From positions 256,741 through 320,740 of the forward strand of contig JBBTQS010000001.1 in assembly GCA_038065555.1 (NCBI GenBank): a DNA stretch of 64,000 nucleotides, given 5' to 3'. Of the stretch, positions 37,216 through 46,596 are shown in pieces; the stretch's first letter is position 1, and each line of letters opens with the position of its first letter. This DNA comes from Patescibacteria group bacterium (lineage in GTDB: Bacteria; Patescibacteriota; Patescibacteriia; Magasanikbacterales; JBBTQS01). The notes beneath the pieces are model-generated. The model worked only from the letters and a program-made list of their open reading frames with translations. It was not told the origin of the DNA and made no database searches. The position numbers and the translations under genes were made by a program.

Positions 37216-40200
37216 TTAGTAGGTAAGCGTCTTGCCAGAGAATGGCAAGCCACCGAGACCGGAAGCTGTTGGCTTGAGGTCGTAGATAGCTGCGGTGTAA
37301 CCGTCAGTCCAAGTAATACCGCTCACAGCTGTCGAGCCACCGGAGGTACCTCCAACAGCGAGACCGATCGTGAGAGTATTGTTCGAAGCTGCGTCATCCG
37401 TGTCCATCGTGACGATAACCGTCTTGCTGGAACCAGATGGGACTTCCAAATCGGTGAAGGAAGCTTCAGCGATGTTGGTGTCATCCATCGAGCTGCCCAA
37501 GTCGCCAGACGAGAGCGTACTTACGTACGAAGTCGAAGCGAGGAGGTTACCCGAAGAGATGCTGTCCTTGTAGATCTTGATTTCACGAGCAGCGTGAGCA
37601 GCAGCTGCGGAGATCGAGGTGTCAACCTTGAGGTTGAGCAACTTGATCGTAGCGGACTGGTTGTTCACGTTTGCTGGGTTAGTGAAGACCCACTTAGCAA
37701 CTGTCTTGTCGTCACCCTTCGAAGTAGCGCCTGATGGTGCGTCCGAAGCGTGAGCGATGCTCAAGTTAGCCTTGAGAGGGTGCTTTGCCGTAGCAACAAT
37801 GCGCATGCTGTCGCCGGTCAAACCAGTGAAGGTTGTGATCGAAGCGCCAGATTCTGCACCGCGTGCAACGATAGAAGCGGAGTTGCTGCTGTCATAGCCG
37901 TACAAGAGACCTGCGAAGAACGTAGAGCTCGAGAAGCTATCTGGCGAACCAGTGATGTCAGCAACAAGGCGAAGCGTCTTGCTCGAGTTCTTTGGAACTA
38001 CGAGGTTAAGACCAGTGAACGTAGCGTACGCGGTCGAGGTTGCATATACAGCCGTCGAAGTCGCGCTTGCTGTTGCAAGGCTTGATACTGCGGAACCAAC
38101 CATTGTGTCACCGTCCATAAGGCGGAGGTTGCCAACAACACCAGTGGTGCTGGTAGCGAACAACGTCATGATGGATGGGGTGAGCTCGCTGATTGTCACG
38201 CCTTCTTCCTTACCTGCAGAGAACTTGAAGCGTCCAAGTTCAACGTCGGTGGAACCCATCGTTACGTAGTGCTCAGCTGTAGAGTCTGAAGCAAGAGCAA
38301 CGGTGAGAGAGCCAGACGATGCAACGTAAACGTTCTGGAGACCTGCGGACAAGGTAGCGGTACCACTCTGAGACGTCTCAAGTGTCTGGTAGGACACAGA
38401 AGATGGGTAGAGAATACCGTTCGTGTCTGCATTGATGTTTGCGCTAGAACCACCGGTCACGTCAGCAAGTACATCAACTACGTACGTCTCACCCTTTGCG
38501 AGCACGATAGGTGTCGTGAGGGTGTAGTCGTATGTGTCGGATGCGCCTGTTGTCAACGTGCCCTTAACGCCCGCGATGTCAGCACCATTGTGCTGGAGGC
38601 GGAGGTTGGAGAAGACTGCAGAGAGACCACCAGTTACATCAGCCTTTACGGTGATGTTGGTAATCTTTGCACCTTCGCCAGATCCTGCCTTTACCACGAA
38701 CGAGCTGATGCGTGCACTCTTGGTGCTCGATACAGCAGTTGGGTTCACAGAGCTACCATCAGCAACCGTCAAGTTCTCAGACAAAGTCGGAACTGACGAT
38801 GCGAAAGTAAGGCTGTAAGCCGTAGCAGCAGCAGTGCTGATCGACGTAAGAGAGGTCTTAGCCTGAGCGTTAGCAGAGCCAGCGCGGACTACAACCTGTA
38901 CTGTGTCGCCAGCCACAACCGAAGTATCGGTGGTGTCAGCAGTAACTACGAGCTTGCCAGTCGTACCTGGGGTCACAACAAAGTTGTTGGAGAACGTGTA
39001 GTCTGCGTCCAAGCTGGTGTTGTTACCAGAGGTCGAAGAAGCTACAGCTGTACCAACCTGTACACCGTTAAGGAAAAGCTTAACGTTCTTGTACGCGTTG
39101 TTGGAGGATCCTGCGAGGTAGAGAGACATGCTGTCAACCTTCACAGCTTCACCAGCTGCAACGAGGTCAAACGTTGCGAGGTTGACGCCAGTAGCGCCAG
39201 TCGCAATGTTGTTCTTCGTTGATTCGGTAGCTGGAGTGATTGTGAGCGTACCTGTGTTGATCGTCGTCTGTGCGGTGGTCTGAATGGAGAACGCCGTCGT
39301 ATTGAGGGTTACCACTGGAGCGTACACACCGTACTGAAGATCCCATGCAGTTACATCATTTTCTTCCTGAACCGAGAACTGGAAGTTACGGTTGGTACCG
39401 CCAACTACTGTTCCGTAGAGGTCCAAGAACTTCGACTGACCAGCAGTGATCTTGAGACCACCGTCTGCAGAGTTGGTGAAGTCGAACGTGAGCTTGTTGT
39501 TTCCAAGATCAGCGTACGTTGCACCAAACTGCGTGCCAGCAACAGTCAACTTGATGTTCTTGATGTCGGAAGCGCTTACCGAACCAATCTGTGTGAAGGT
39601 AATACGCTTCACAAGGAGGTTCTGATCTGTAGCAAGGATCTTGAACTTAGCAAGTTCCTTGTCTGCAGATGCGTTTGCATCCATGGTTGTAGCAGATACT
39701 GGGGACGATGTAGCAACCTGGAGATAGCCGAGGTCAGTGACCGTAGCAATCGTCATGTTGTTTCCAACAGCCGAACCAGATGCTGCACCGGACTTCACTT
39801 CAGCAGCGTTCACGGTAAAACCAACGGTTGTACCAGTGCTTGCTGACTTGTTGATGTTTGCCTTCACCCAAATGGTCTTGGTCTGGCCAGCTGGAACGGT
39901 GAAAATACCGTTCGAGTTGCTCCAGGTTACCTTGCCGCTCGAGATAGAAGAGGACTCTGCAAGAATAGTCTCGCCGTCCATGAGCATTACTTCATCAACA
40001 TCGCTGTCCTTCGAGATACCTGTGCGAGTTGCAGTAACCATAGTTACTACAGCCTCTGCACCCACTGCGGAGAAGCGTACAGCCGTCATTGGGGCCATGC
40101 GCTGTCCGAGCGTAGCGCTAGCTGTTGTGTCAACCACAACGGAACCAGCTGCTGGTGTAGCGGAGTCGAGCGAAATTGTCAACGTCGTTGGAGCTGTTGG

Positions 40201-40914
40201 CGAGACTGGCGTACCGCCTGTCTGTGCCGTGTCTGCAACGTCGCTAGCGCCAAGAGCTGAACCAGCGGTCAAGCCAGCGAGAGATCCAGTTACAACGAAC
40301 TTCGTGTTGAAGTGGTTGCTTGTGAATGCTGCATCGCTCACCATGCGCTTCATGTTGCCCTCAACGTAGTACTTAGAAGCTCCGTCCATCACAACTGCAC
40401 CTGTTGGGTACACGCCTGCTGTAGCAAGCTCTGCACCAGTGGTGTAGTTCGTGAAGAATGCGTCTGAGACGTCGATTACCGACTTGCCCCAGTTAGCACC
40501 CCAAAGAGACTTAGCAACTTCTTCGGTCTTTACCCAGCGCAATACGCCCTTAGGCTCTACTGCGTATACCTTTGGATCCGTCGTGATTTTCACGAGGAAG
40601 GTACCAGGGCGCACTACAATGTTTCCTGCAAGTGGTACTGCTGCCAATTCGTCAGCCGATACCACGGTTACGCCGTTGAAGTTTGGATACCAAGCTTCAA
40701 AGGTCTTTTGTGACGGGAAGGTGTAGCGGCCGTTATTCATGTAGTAGTACACCGTCGAGAGATCCGCACGCTTGATCAACATTCCGTTGGTCAAGGTTGC
40801 TGCTGAAGCGGTCAATGGGGCTACCATTGCTGCAAATCCAACAGCCCAGAGGATCGTCGCGGTCGCTACTACATACGTAGCGGACTGCTTCACCATTCTC
40901 ACTGCATCTGTCAT
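37216..40914 (-). CDS. giant cell-surface protein B (S-layer-like, tandem Ig-like/beta-sandwich repeats) with N-terminal about 115-aa shared domain
   Basis: Signal peptide ...ILWAVGFAAMVAPLTASAA; N-terminal RPGTFLVKITTDPKVYAV...DVSDAFFTNYT domain homologous to the C-terminus of protein A; about 1000 aa of S/T/A/G/V-rich repeats. Confidence 0.7.
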   Translation of the reverse strand: MTDAVRMVKQSATYVVATATILWAVGFAAMVAPLTASAATLTNGMLIKRADLSTVYYYMNNGRYTFPSQKTFEAWYPNFNGVTVVSADELAAVPLAGNIVVRPGTFLVKITTDPKVYAVEPKGVLRWVKTEEVAKSLWGANWGKSVIDVSDAFFTNYTTGAELATAGVYPTGAVVMDGASKYYVEGNMKRMVSDAAFTSNHFNTKFVVTGSLAGLTAGSALGASDVADTAQTGGTPVSPTAPTTLTISLDSATPAAGSVVVDTTASATLGQRMAPMTAVRFSAVGAEAVVTMVTATRTGISKDSDVDEVMLMDGETILAESSSISSGKVTWSNSNGIFTVPAGQTKTIWVKANINKSASTGTTVGFTVNAAEVKSGAASGSAVGNNMTIATVTDLGYLQVATSSPVSATTMDANASADKELAKFKILATDQNLLVKRITFTQIGSVSASDIKNIKLTVAGTQFGATYADLGNNKLTFDFTNSADGGLKITAGQSKFLDLYGTVVGGTNRNFQFSVQEENDVTAWDLQYGVYAPVVTLNTTAFSIQTTAQTTINTGTLTITPATESTKNNIATGATGVNLATFDLVAAGEAVKVDSMSLYLAGSSNNAYKNVKLFLNGVQVGTAVASSTSGNNTSLDADYTFSNNFVVTPGTTGKLVVTADTTDTSVVAGDTVQVVVRAGSANAQAKTSLTSISTAAATAYSLTFASSVPTLSENLTVADGSSVNPTAVSSTKSARISSFVVKAGSGEGAKITNITVKADVTGGLSAVFSNLRLQHNGADIAGVKGTLTTGASDTYDYTLTTPIVLAKGETYVVDVLADVTGGSSANINADTNGILYPSSVSYQTLETSQSGTATLSAGLQNVYVASSGSLTVALASDSTAEHYVTMGSTDVELGRFKFSAGKEEGVTISELTPSIMTLFATSTTGVVGNLRLMDGDTMVGSAVSSLATASATSTAVYATSTAYATFTGLNLVVPKNSSKTLRLVADITGSPDSFSSSTFFAGLLYGYDSSNSASIVARGAESGASITTFTGLTGDSMRIVATAKHPLKANLSIAHASDAPSGATSKGDDKTVAKWVFTNPANVNNQSATIKLLNLKVDTSISAAAAHAAREIKIYKDSISSGNLLASTSYVSTLSSGDLGSSMDDTNIAEASFTDLEVPSGSSKTVIVTMDTDDAASNNTLTIGLAVGGTSGGSTAVSGITWTDGYTAAIYDLKPTASGLGGLPFSGKTLTY

Positions 40915-41081
40915 AAGAATGATTACTTTCTATTAATTGCACTTACCTGTGACCACCGCACTCGCGGTGTCGACCCTAATGAGTCACAGTCCTCGGTATC
41001 CTTATCGCGAGACAAGGGATACACACGAGCCTGTCGCCGTCCGGGGCATCGCCGGGTGCGGCAGGCAGCGTGTATATCTCT

Positions 41082-42293
41082 TTATTCTTGTACGTTTGGA
41101 GTCGTACTTGGAATCTGTATTGTACTGCTCACGGTAGTAGACGCAGCAGGAGTGATTTCGATACTCTTTGTGGTTACTGGTGTGAGTGGTACTGCTAATT
41201 TTGCAGCAGCATCCACGTCCATGGCAGCTTGTTGCACAATCTTTGCTTGCGCGGTTACCTCCATCGTCGCAGGTCCGAGCACTCGAATCTGCAGTGCCGC
41301 TGCTGCGACATTATCCTCTTCGAGCAATACCTTGGTCTTTGCTACAACTTCGCGCACTTCTTCGCTCTTGCGTTGTACCTGCATTGCAGGAGCAATCACC
41401 TTGGATTTCTCAGCTACCATGCTCGGCTGAAGTGGAGATGCTTGCACGGATTTCACTGCGCCATTCACGTCCTCTGTTGCACCTGCAACCTTTGATTCAA
41501 TTTCCAACAATTTCTTGTCTACAATTTGTCGTACTTCATCCTTTGAGATTGCATCGTTCCCTTTCGCAAGTGAATCTACATACACCTCAACAGTCTTCAC
41601 ACTCGTCACACCCACTGCAGCCTCTGCTGCAATGACAGCGTCTTTCACACTGTCGTCCCCTGCTACTTCTGCGAGTACTTTTGCTTGATCAATCTGCACG
41701 AGATAACGAGTTGCATGAACGTCCATGGATTTTGCAATATCTACCGCAGTAACTGAGTCAGAATTCTTGAGATGTTCGAGTGTTGCATTCACCTCGGTCA
41801 TGCTGTCCTTGAATCGCTGCACCGCTTCCATCGCTTTTTCTGGTTCTGCAATTACTTTTTGTGCTTCGTCGAGGCGTCGGGTTGCGTATTCAGCTTGCAG
41901 CTGTGTCTTGGCCGATGTTCCTTGCGTAGCGCCTACAACAGCAACTGTAGTGTTCTCAATACCAATCTTCACTGGATACCAGACATCTCCCGGCACACTA
42001 TTGAGCGAAGCAAATGCACCAGTCACCCACGATCCTGTTGCAATACCGAAGGCAACACCCATGAGCACAATTGGACGAACCACGGCATACACAGTGCGTG
42101 GTGGGATGAAAATAGACAACAAAAGCCACATGTTCGCAAAGGAGAACATGCGAACGCGTGGCGTGGAACCAGTATTAGACAACGTCGAGAGAAGATGCTC
42201 ACGCGTTGCATGCACAAACGCCGCACGTGGATTGATATTTCCACGAACGTCATTGAGCTGATGTAAGTTGTGGCGCAACTGTCGACGGGTCAT
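41082..42293 (-). CDS. putative anti-sigma factor / membrane-anchored helical protein (DUF5667-like)
   Basis: Directly downstream of the ECF sigma gene; single TM (IVLMGVAFGIATGSWVTGAF), then a long Ala/Val/Lys/Glu-rich helical extracytoplasmic domain. Confidence 0.45.
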   Translation of the reverse strand: MTRRQLRHNLHQLNDVRGNINPRAAFVHATREHLLSTLSNTGSTPRVRMFSFANMWLLLSIFIPPRTVYAVVRPIVLMGVAFGIATGSWVTGAFASLNSVPGDVWYPVKIGIENTTVAVVGATQGTSAKTQLQAEYATRRLDEAQKVIAEPEKAMEAVQRFKDSMTEVNATLEHLKNSDSVTAVDIAKSMDVHATRYLVQIDQAKVLAEVAGDDSVKDAVIAAEAAVGVTSVKTVEVYVDSLAKGNDAISKDEVRQIVDKKLLEIESKVAGATEDVNGAVKSVQASPLQPSMVAEKSKVIAPAMQVQRKSEEVREVVAKTKVLLEEDNVAAAALQIRVLGPATMEVTAQAKIVQQAAMDVDAAAKLAVPLTPVTTKSIEITPAASTTVSSTIQIPSTTPNVQE

Positions 42294-42304
42294 ACGAGAA
42301 GTAC

Positions 42305-42877
42305 CTATTCAACTTTTAGAATTTTTCGTAATGCTTTCATTGCGCGGTGCGTGGTGACACGGACATCAACACTTGATTTGCCTAGGATCTCAGCAACCTC
42401 TGTTGCAGAGAGTCCATCGACATACCGGAAGAGAACGACTTCTCGATACTCTTCTTTGAGTTGTGCGATCGCGTCGAGCACCTGCTTGTGATCGTGCGCT
42501 GTCTCAATCTTCTTCACGCCTACTCCCTTGTCAGAGAGATGTGTGAGATGATCGTCAGGCAATTCGTCTTCATCCGGGAATCCTGTTACTTCATTGCGAC
42601 TTGCTCGCCGTCGATAGAGATCGATCACGAGGTTGCGCGCAATGCGGTAGATCACGGCCCGGAATGAGCGAACATCCGTGTGCTCAGTGATATAGTTCCA
42701 TGCTTTGAGGAACACATCTGCTGTGAGATCCTCTGCATCTTCGTGACTATTCACCTTGAAATACACGAACCGATAAATGGACGTCACATACGTGTCATAC
42801 AGCTGCGCATAGGCCTGAGGGTCTTTGCGTGTCTGTGCACGATAGAGCCAATATTTCTCTTTTATGGCGTCCTTCAT
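42305..42877 (-). CDS. RNA polymerase sigma-70 family ECF-type sigma factor
   Basis: Region 2 (DLTADVFLKAWNYI...RNLVIDLYRRR) and region 4 HTH (LSATEVAEILGKSSVDVRVTTHRAMKALRK); 190 aa. Confidence 0.8.
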   Translation of the reverse strand: MKDAIKEKYWLYRAQTRKDPQAYAQLYDTYVTSIYRFVYFKVNSHEDAEDLTADVFLKAWNYITEHTDVRSFRAVIYRIARNLVIDLYRRRASRNEVTGFPDEDELPDDHLTHLSDKGVGVKKIETAHDHKQVLDAIAQLKEEYREVVLFRYVDGLSATEVAEILGKSSVDVRVTTHRAMKALRKILKVE

Positions 42878-42950
42878 CTCAAGATGACGTTAGCATTAGG
42901 AAAGTGTTACACCTGTGCACAACTCGCCCTTCTAGGGCGTATGGTGCCGT

Positions 42951-42959
42951 AGTATAGCA
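42951..42959 (-). promoter_or_regulatory. extended -10 promoter TGcTATACT upstream of the sigma factor gene
   Basis: Minus-strand TTTTGCTATACT about 75 nt upstream of the sigma gene ATG; adjacent to a 12-bp hairpin (42958-42991) overlapping the end of the upstream GT4 gene. Confidence 0.35.
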
Positions 42960-42971
42960 AAATCAGTGGAT

Positions 42972-44195
42972 TTAGCCACTGATTTTGCTTGTTTGCGCTG
43001 AAATTGAATGTTTTTTCAGGTCCTGAACTGCCATTCCAGCAAGGGCTGTGTACCGTTTGCTCAGAGATTGAGCCAGGGTATCCCAGTCATATCGCAGGGC
43101 GATACGCTGGCGAGAATAGCTCGATCCCATCGCTACCCAGGCAGGATCAGTGACTGCGCGCATAATACGCTCAGCCAATACACCCTTGGCGCCAACAGGA
43201 TACTGCCACGAGAGATCTCCCATGGCTTCACGATGTGGAATAATGTCGCTTACAATCACTGGAACGCCGTACACCATCAACTCAAGCACACTCATCGGCA
43301 ATCCTTCTGCATGCGACGCGTGCACGCCTACGTAGGCGTTACGCATAAGTGCTGCAAGTGCAAGACCGCTCTGATAGCCTGTGAAGATGATATCTTCGTG
43401 ACCACGTGCGCGCTCGTGCAACTCTGCTACATATTTCTCTGTGTAGCTCCCATCCCCCACGATCACGAGCTGCATTCCCTGCATGCGCGGATCCAGAGAT
43501 AGACTCTTCGCAATGATGAATGCATCAATTGCTTCATGCACTGCTTTGTGCGCAATGAGACGTGTAACAACTACGATGTATTTCTTTGGTTCGATATTCC
43601 AAGGCGCAATGAGTGCACGTTCTACTGCTGGAACTGCTGGCCATGGCTGTGACGCACCATTAGGAAGGTATGTTGCTGTCTCGTTGTAGCTCTTCTTGAT
43701 GTACGTACGAATCATGTGTGAGCTGGCAAGCACTTCGTGTGCTGCCTTCACCGACACCCACTCACCCAAGTGCAACATCATCCGCGCAAACCATCCCCAC
43801 TTCGCATGCTCACGATCAATAGACTGAAAGCTCACGATGACCGTGGCACCAGGACGAAAGATTCGCGGAAGGAATGACAAGAGTGAAGGCCCAACTCCAT
43901 GGAAATGATACACATCGAACCCCTGCCACATCGCGTGGATTGTGGCGAAGAAGGTATGCGTGATGGCATCGAGATGCTTGGTGTGCATCGTTGGCACCAT
44001 CTGGAGACGCATCCCCTTGTACGTGCGCTTCTTGATGCGTGTATACCAGCTACGGCAATACACAGTGACGCTGTGGCCCATCTCAGCAAGACGAGACCCC
44101 AATTCATCCACCGAACGTTCAATACCGCCAAAAATCGCAGGCGCCCCTTTGGCCCCGATCATCGCGATCTTTAGTTGATTAACGGTATTTTTCAT
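42972..44195 (-). CDS. glycosyltransferase family 4
   Basis: GT4 motifs (IAMIGAKGAPAIFGGIE ... EGLPMSVLELMVYGVPVIVS); start at MKNTVNQLK downstream of a canonical promoter. Confidence 0.7.
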   Translation of the reverse strand: MKNTVNQLKIAMIGAKGAPAIFGGIERSVDELGSRLAEMGHSVTVYCRSWYTRIKKRTYKGMRLQMVPTMHTKHLDAITHTFFATIHAMWQGFDVYHFHGVGPSLLSFLPRIFRPGATVIVSFQSIDREHAKWGWFARMMLHLGEWVSVKAAHEVLASSHMIRTYIKKSYNETATYLPNGASQPWPAVPAVERALIAPWNIEPKKYIVVVTRLIAHKAVHEAIDAFIIAKSLSLDPRMQGMQLVIVGDGSYTEKYVAELHERARGHEDIIFTGYQSGLALAALMRNAYVGVHASHAEGLPMSVLELMVYGVPVIVSDIIPHREAMGDLSWQYPVGAKGVLAERIMRAVTDPAWVAMGSSYSRQRIALRYDWDTLAQSLSKRYTALAGMAVQDLKKHSISAQTSKISG

Positions 44196-44212
44196 ATGGA
44201 AATAACCGCGAT

Positions 44213-44241
44213 TTATACCATATGCAAACCGTTTTGTCAAG
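44213..44241 (-). promoter_or_regulatory. sigma70-type promoter CTTGACAAAA-17-TATAAA
   Basis: Minus-strand TTGACA -35, 17-nt spacer, TATAAA -10, and start codon about 17 nt after the -10. Confidence 0.5.
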
Positions 44242-44329
44242 TCTACCTATTCCAAAAAGTGCTAAAATAAAACAAAAATGCCGCATAAACGGCTAAAATA
44301 AGCACTATAAATTGCCTGTGGATAAGTCC

Positions 44330-45505
44330 CTATTTTACAGCATTTTGTATTGCCTGCTGATAGGCCATGAGTAGACGTCCGTAGTGGACAACTGGGGCGT
44401 GGTAGAGCGTAACCCAGGCCCGAGCCTCATCCCCTATTGCCTGCACCTGGCGAGGCTTCAGTGCCTGCACGTGGGCAATGGCTGCTGCCCAGGCTTCTGG
44501 CGTACTCTCGTGCACCAGGAACCCCGTAACACCATGCTTGATCTGCTCTGGAATGCCACCTGCACGTGCAGCAATAACCATCTTGCCCATTGCCTGCGCC
44601 TCGAGCACTGCAAGTGGGTAATTCTCAGGCCACTGAGATGGCACAGCCACAATACTAGCCTGCGTCATCTCCTGACGCAGCGCATCCTTGCTCAGATGCC
44701 CCACGAAGATAACACGATCATCCAACGCATGCTCTCTCACCAACGACCGCAACGACGCTTCCAGTGGCCCGGTCCCAGCAATGACCAATCGACACGTCGG
44801 CACCAATGCCACTGCGCGAATCAACAACTCAACACCCTTCTCGTGTGACAATCGTCCCGCGTATAGCACACTCCCATCACCGCCTGGCGTGAAGGGAATC
44901 GCCGCGACATCAACGACATACGGGAACCGCACAAATCTCGCGCGTGGCCACCCAGCACGCACACAATACTCTTGCATGAATTTGCTCGGCGCATGAAACA
45001 GTGTCACACCACGCGCATAGGACCGCGCAATCTGGTGCACCACACGCTCCACCATTCCACCAACCTTCTCTGTGAAGGATCTCGGAATCACCAACGCGTA
45101 ATTCGCATCAACGAGTTTGTAATCATGCAACGTCATGAGCACAGGAATGTGATGCTTCACCAGTACATGCAATATCGCTGGAGTGAGATGATGATAAATA
45201 TTATGCACGTGCGCTACATCAAATGGTCCTTCCTCAGCAATGAGTTCATCGAGTTGACGCGCTGCCTGTGAGTTCCACACAACTCGTTTTGCCTTTTGCA
45301 CGGTATCCAAGAGCGTGCGATTCGCGCGCAGATCCAACTCATCTACAAAATATTTTTCGTATGGTGTAGGAAGATTGTGATCGCCCTTCATCGCAAAAGG
45401 CACCACGGTATGCCCGTAAGATTCCATGAGTGCATTCACGTCAAGGAAGTAGGTGCTGGCACCATCTCGATAGAAGTAATGCTTGTGTATTGCCAGAATC
45501 TTCAT
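44330..45505 (-). CDS. glycosyltransferase family 4
   Basis: MKILAIHKHYFYRDGASTYF... GT4 N-domain; C-terminal EGVELLIRA...ENYPLAVLEAQAMGKMVIA motif. Confidence 0.75.
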   Translation of the reverse strand: MKILAIHKHYFYRDGASTYFLDVNALMESYGHTVVPFAMKGDHNLPTPYEKYFVDELDLRANRTLLDTVQKAKRVVWNSQAARQLDELIAEEGPFDVAHVHNIYHHLTPAILHVLVKHHIPVLMTLHDYKLVDANYALVIPRSFTEKVGGMVERVVHQIARSYARGVTLFHAPSKFMQEYCVRAGWPRARFVRFPYVVDVAAIPFTPGGDGSVLYAGRLSHEKGVELLIRAVALVPTCRLVIAGTGPLEASLRSLVREHALDDRVIFVGHLSKDALRQEMTQASIVAVPSQWPENYPLAVLEAQAMGKMVIAARAGGIPEQIKHGVTGFLVHESTPEAWAAAIAHVQALKPRQVQAIGDEARAWVTLYHAPVVHYGRLLMAYQQAIQNAVK

Positions 45506-46596
45506 ACGCGCTCACGTGCAAGTAATCGCAGATACAGCGTCTCATACTCTCGCACCATATCCTGAATCCGAAAATGCAACAACGCATAGGTACGCGCTGC
45601 ATCAGCATGTCGTCGCAAATGCACATGGTCTTCGCATGCAAATTCAATAGCAGCGGCAAGCTCGTTCACATCAGTACTATCAACAAGCGTACCCGTCTCA
45701 CCATCAATCACAATCTCTGCGATACCGCCCACACGACTTGCAATGACAGGACGCCCTGCAGTCATTGCTTCCATCACAACCAATCCCAACCCCTCCCAGC
45801 GGGAGGTCAACACAAAAACATCGTGTGTTGAGAACACTTCAGGGATATTGTCTGTCGTTCCGTAAAATTGTACTCGATCGTCGATTCCCAATGCTGCTGC
45901 CTGAGACTGCAATCGCGACAGCTCTGTCCCCGCTCCCACAATAGTCAATCGCCAATCACTACGCACGAGCGCGCACGCATTCAACAACAGATCAAATCCT
46001 TTTTGATGCTCGAGGCGACCAATACTCAAGAGACGCAGCGGCGTGCGCAAGAGCGGAGCAGGAATCTTCGCAAATCGGTCTACGTCAATTCGGTTGAGAA
46101 TCACACTGAGCTTCGATGGCGATACACCTTCTACACGTGTTGCATATTCAGCAACTGATGCAGAGACCGCGATAATGCGATCAGTGATACGCGAGAGTAC
46201 ACCCTTGATCCAATGCTTCCACTGCGGCTCGTCATACCACTGATTGTGCTCAGTAGAGAGAATGAGTGGCACACCAGCGAACCACGCAGCAACCTTGCCA
46301 TACGCGTCTGCACCAAAGAGATGTGTGTGCACAATCGCTGGTTTTTCTTTGCGCAACCACTTCGTGAGCCGCCACAAATACGCCAGACTCCAACGACCAT
46401 GTGCTGTCATAGGAACCACACGTACTCCATGAGATTGAATAACATCAACAAGTGGCCCAAGAGCAATCGTTGCAACCACAGTTAATTCAAATTTCGCGTG
46501 GTCATGATACCGCGCGATTTCTGCCAGCAGTCGTTCGGCTCCACCGAACTGCAGCGTCGGAATTAAATGAATGACTTTGATTCTCGGTACTTCCAT
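45502..46596 (-). CDS. glycosyltransferase family 4
   Basis: IKVIHLIPTLQFGGAERLL... and EGLGLVVMEAMTAGRPVIAS motifs; 4-nt overlap with the upstream GT gene. Confidence 0.7.
   Translation of the reverse strand: MEVPRIKVIHLIPTLQFGGAERLLAEIARYHDHAKFELTVVATIALGPLVDVIQSHGVRVVPMTAHGRWSLAYLWRLTKWLRKEKPAIVHTHLFGADAYGKVAAWFAGVPLILSTEHNQWYDEPQWKHWIKGVLSRITDRIIAVSASVAEYATRVEGVSPSKLSVILNRIDVDRFAKIPAPLLRTPLRLLSIGRLEHQKGFDLLLNACALVRSDWRLTIVGAGTELSRLQSQAAALGIDDRVQFYGTTDNIPEVFSTHDVFVLTSRWEGLGLVVMEAMTAGRPVIASRVGGIAEIVIDGETGTLVDSTDVNELAAAIEFACEDHVHLRRHADAARTYALLHFRIQDMVREYETLYLRLLARERV

Noticed and set aside
42958-42991. Perfect 12-bp hairpin CAAAATCAGTGG-ATTTAG-CCACTGATTTTG as a terminator of the GT4 gene
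   Set aside because: It overlaps the last codons and stop of the gene and lacks a U-tract on the minus-strand transcript; it is kept only as a possible structural or attenuating element next to the sigma-gene promoter, not called as a terminator.
44196-44240. N-terminal extensions of ORFs to upstream alternative starts (e.g. TTG-initiated MTKRFAYG... for the GT4 gene, MHRHIVSP... for the first efflux-operon gene, MVSDCPKN... for surface protein A, MCYTRAYI... for the 424-aa secreted protein)
   Set aside because: In each case the extension would begin upstream of or within the mapped -35/-10 promoter elements; shorter starts downstream of the promoters were used instead.
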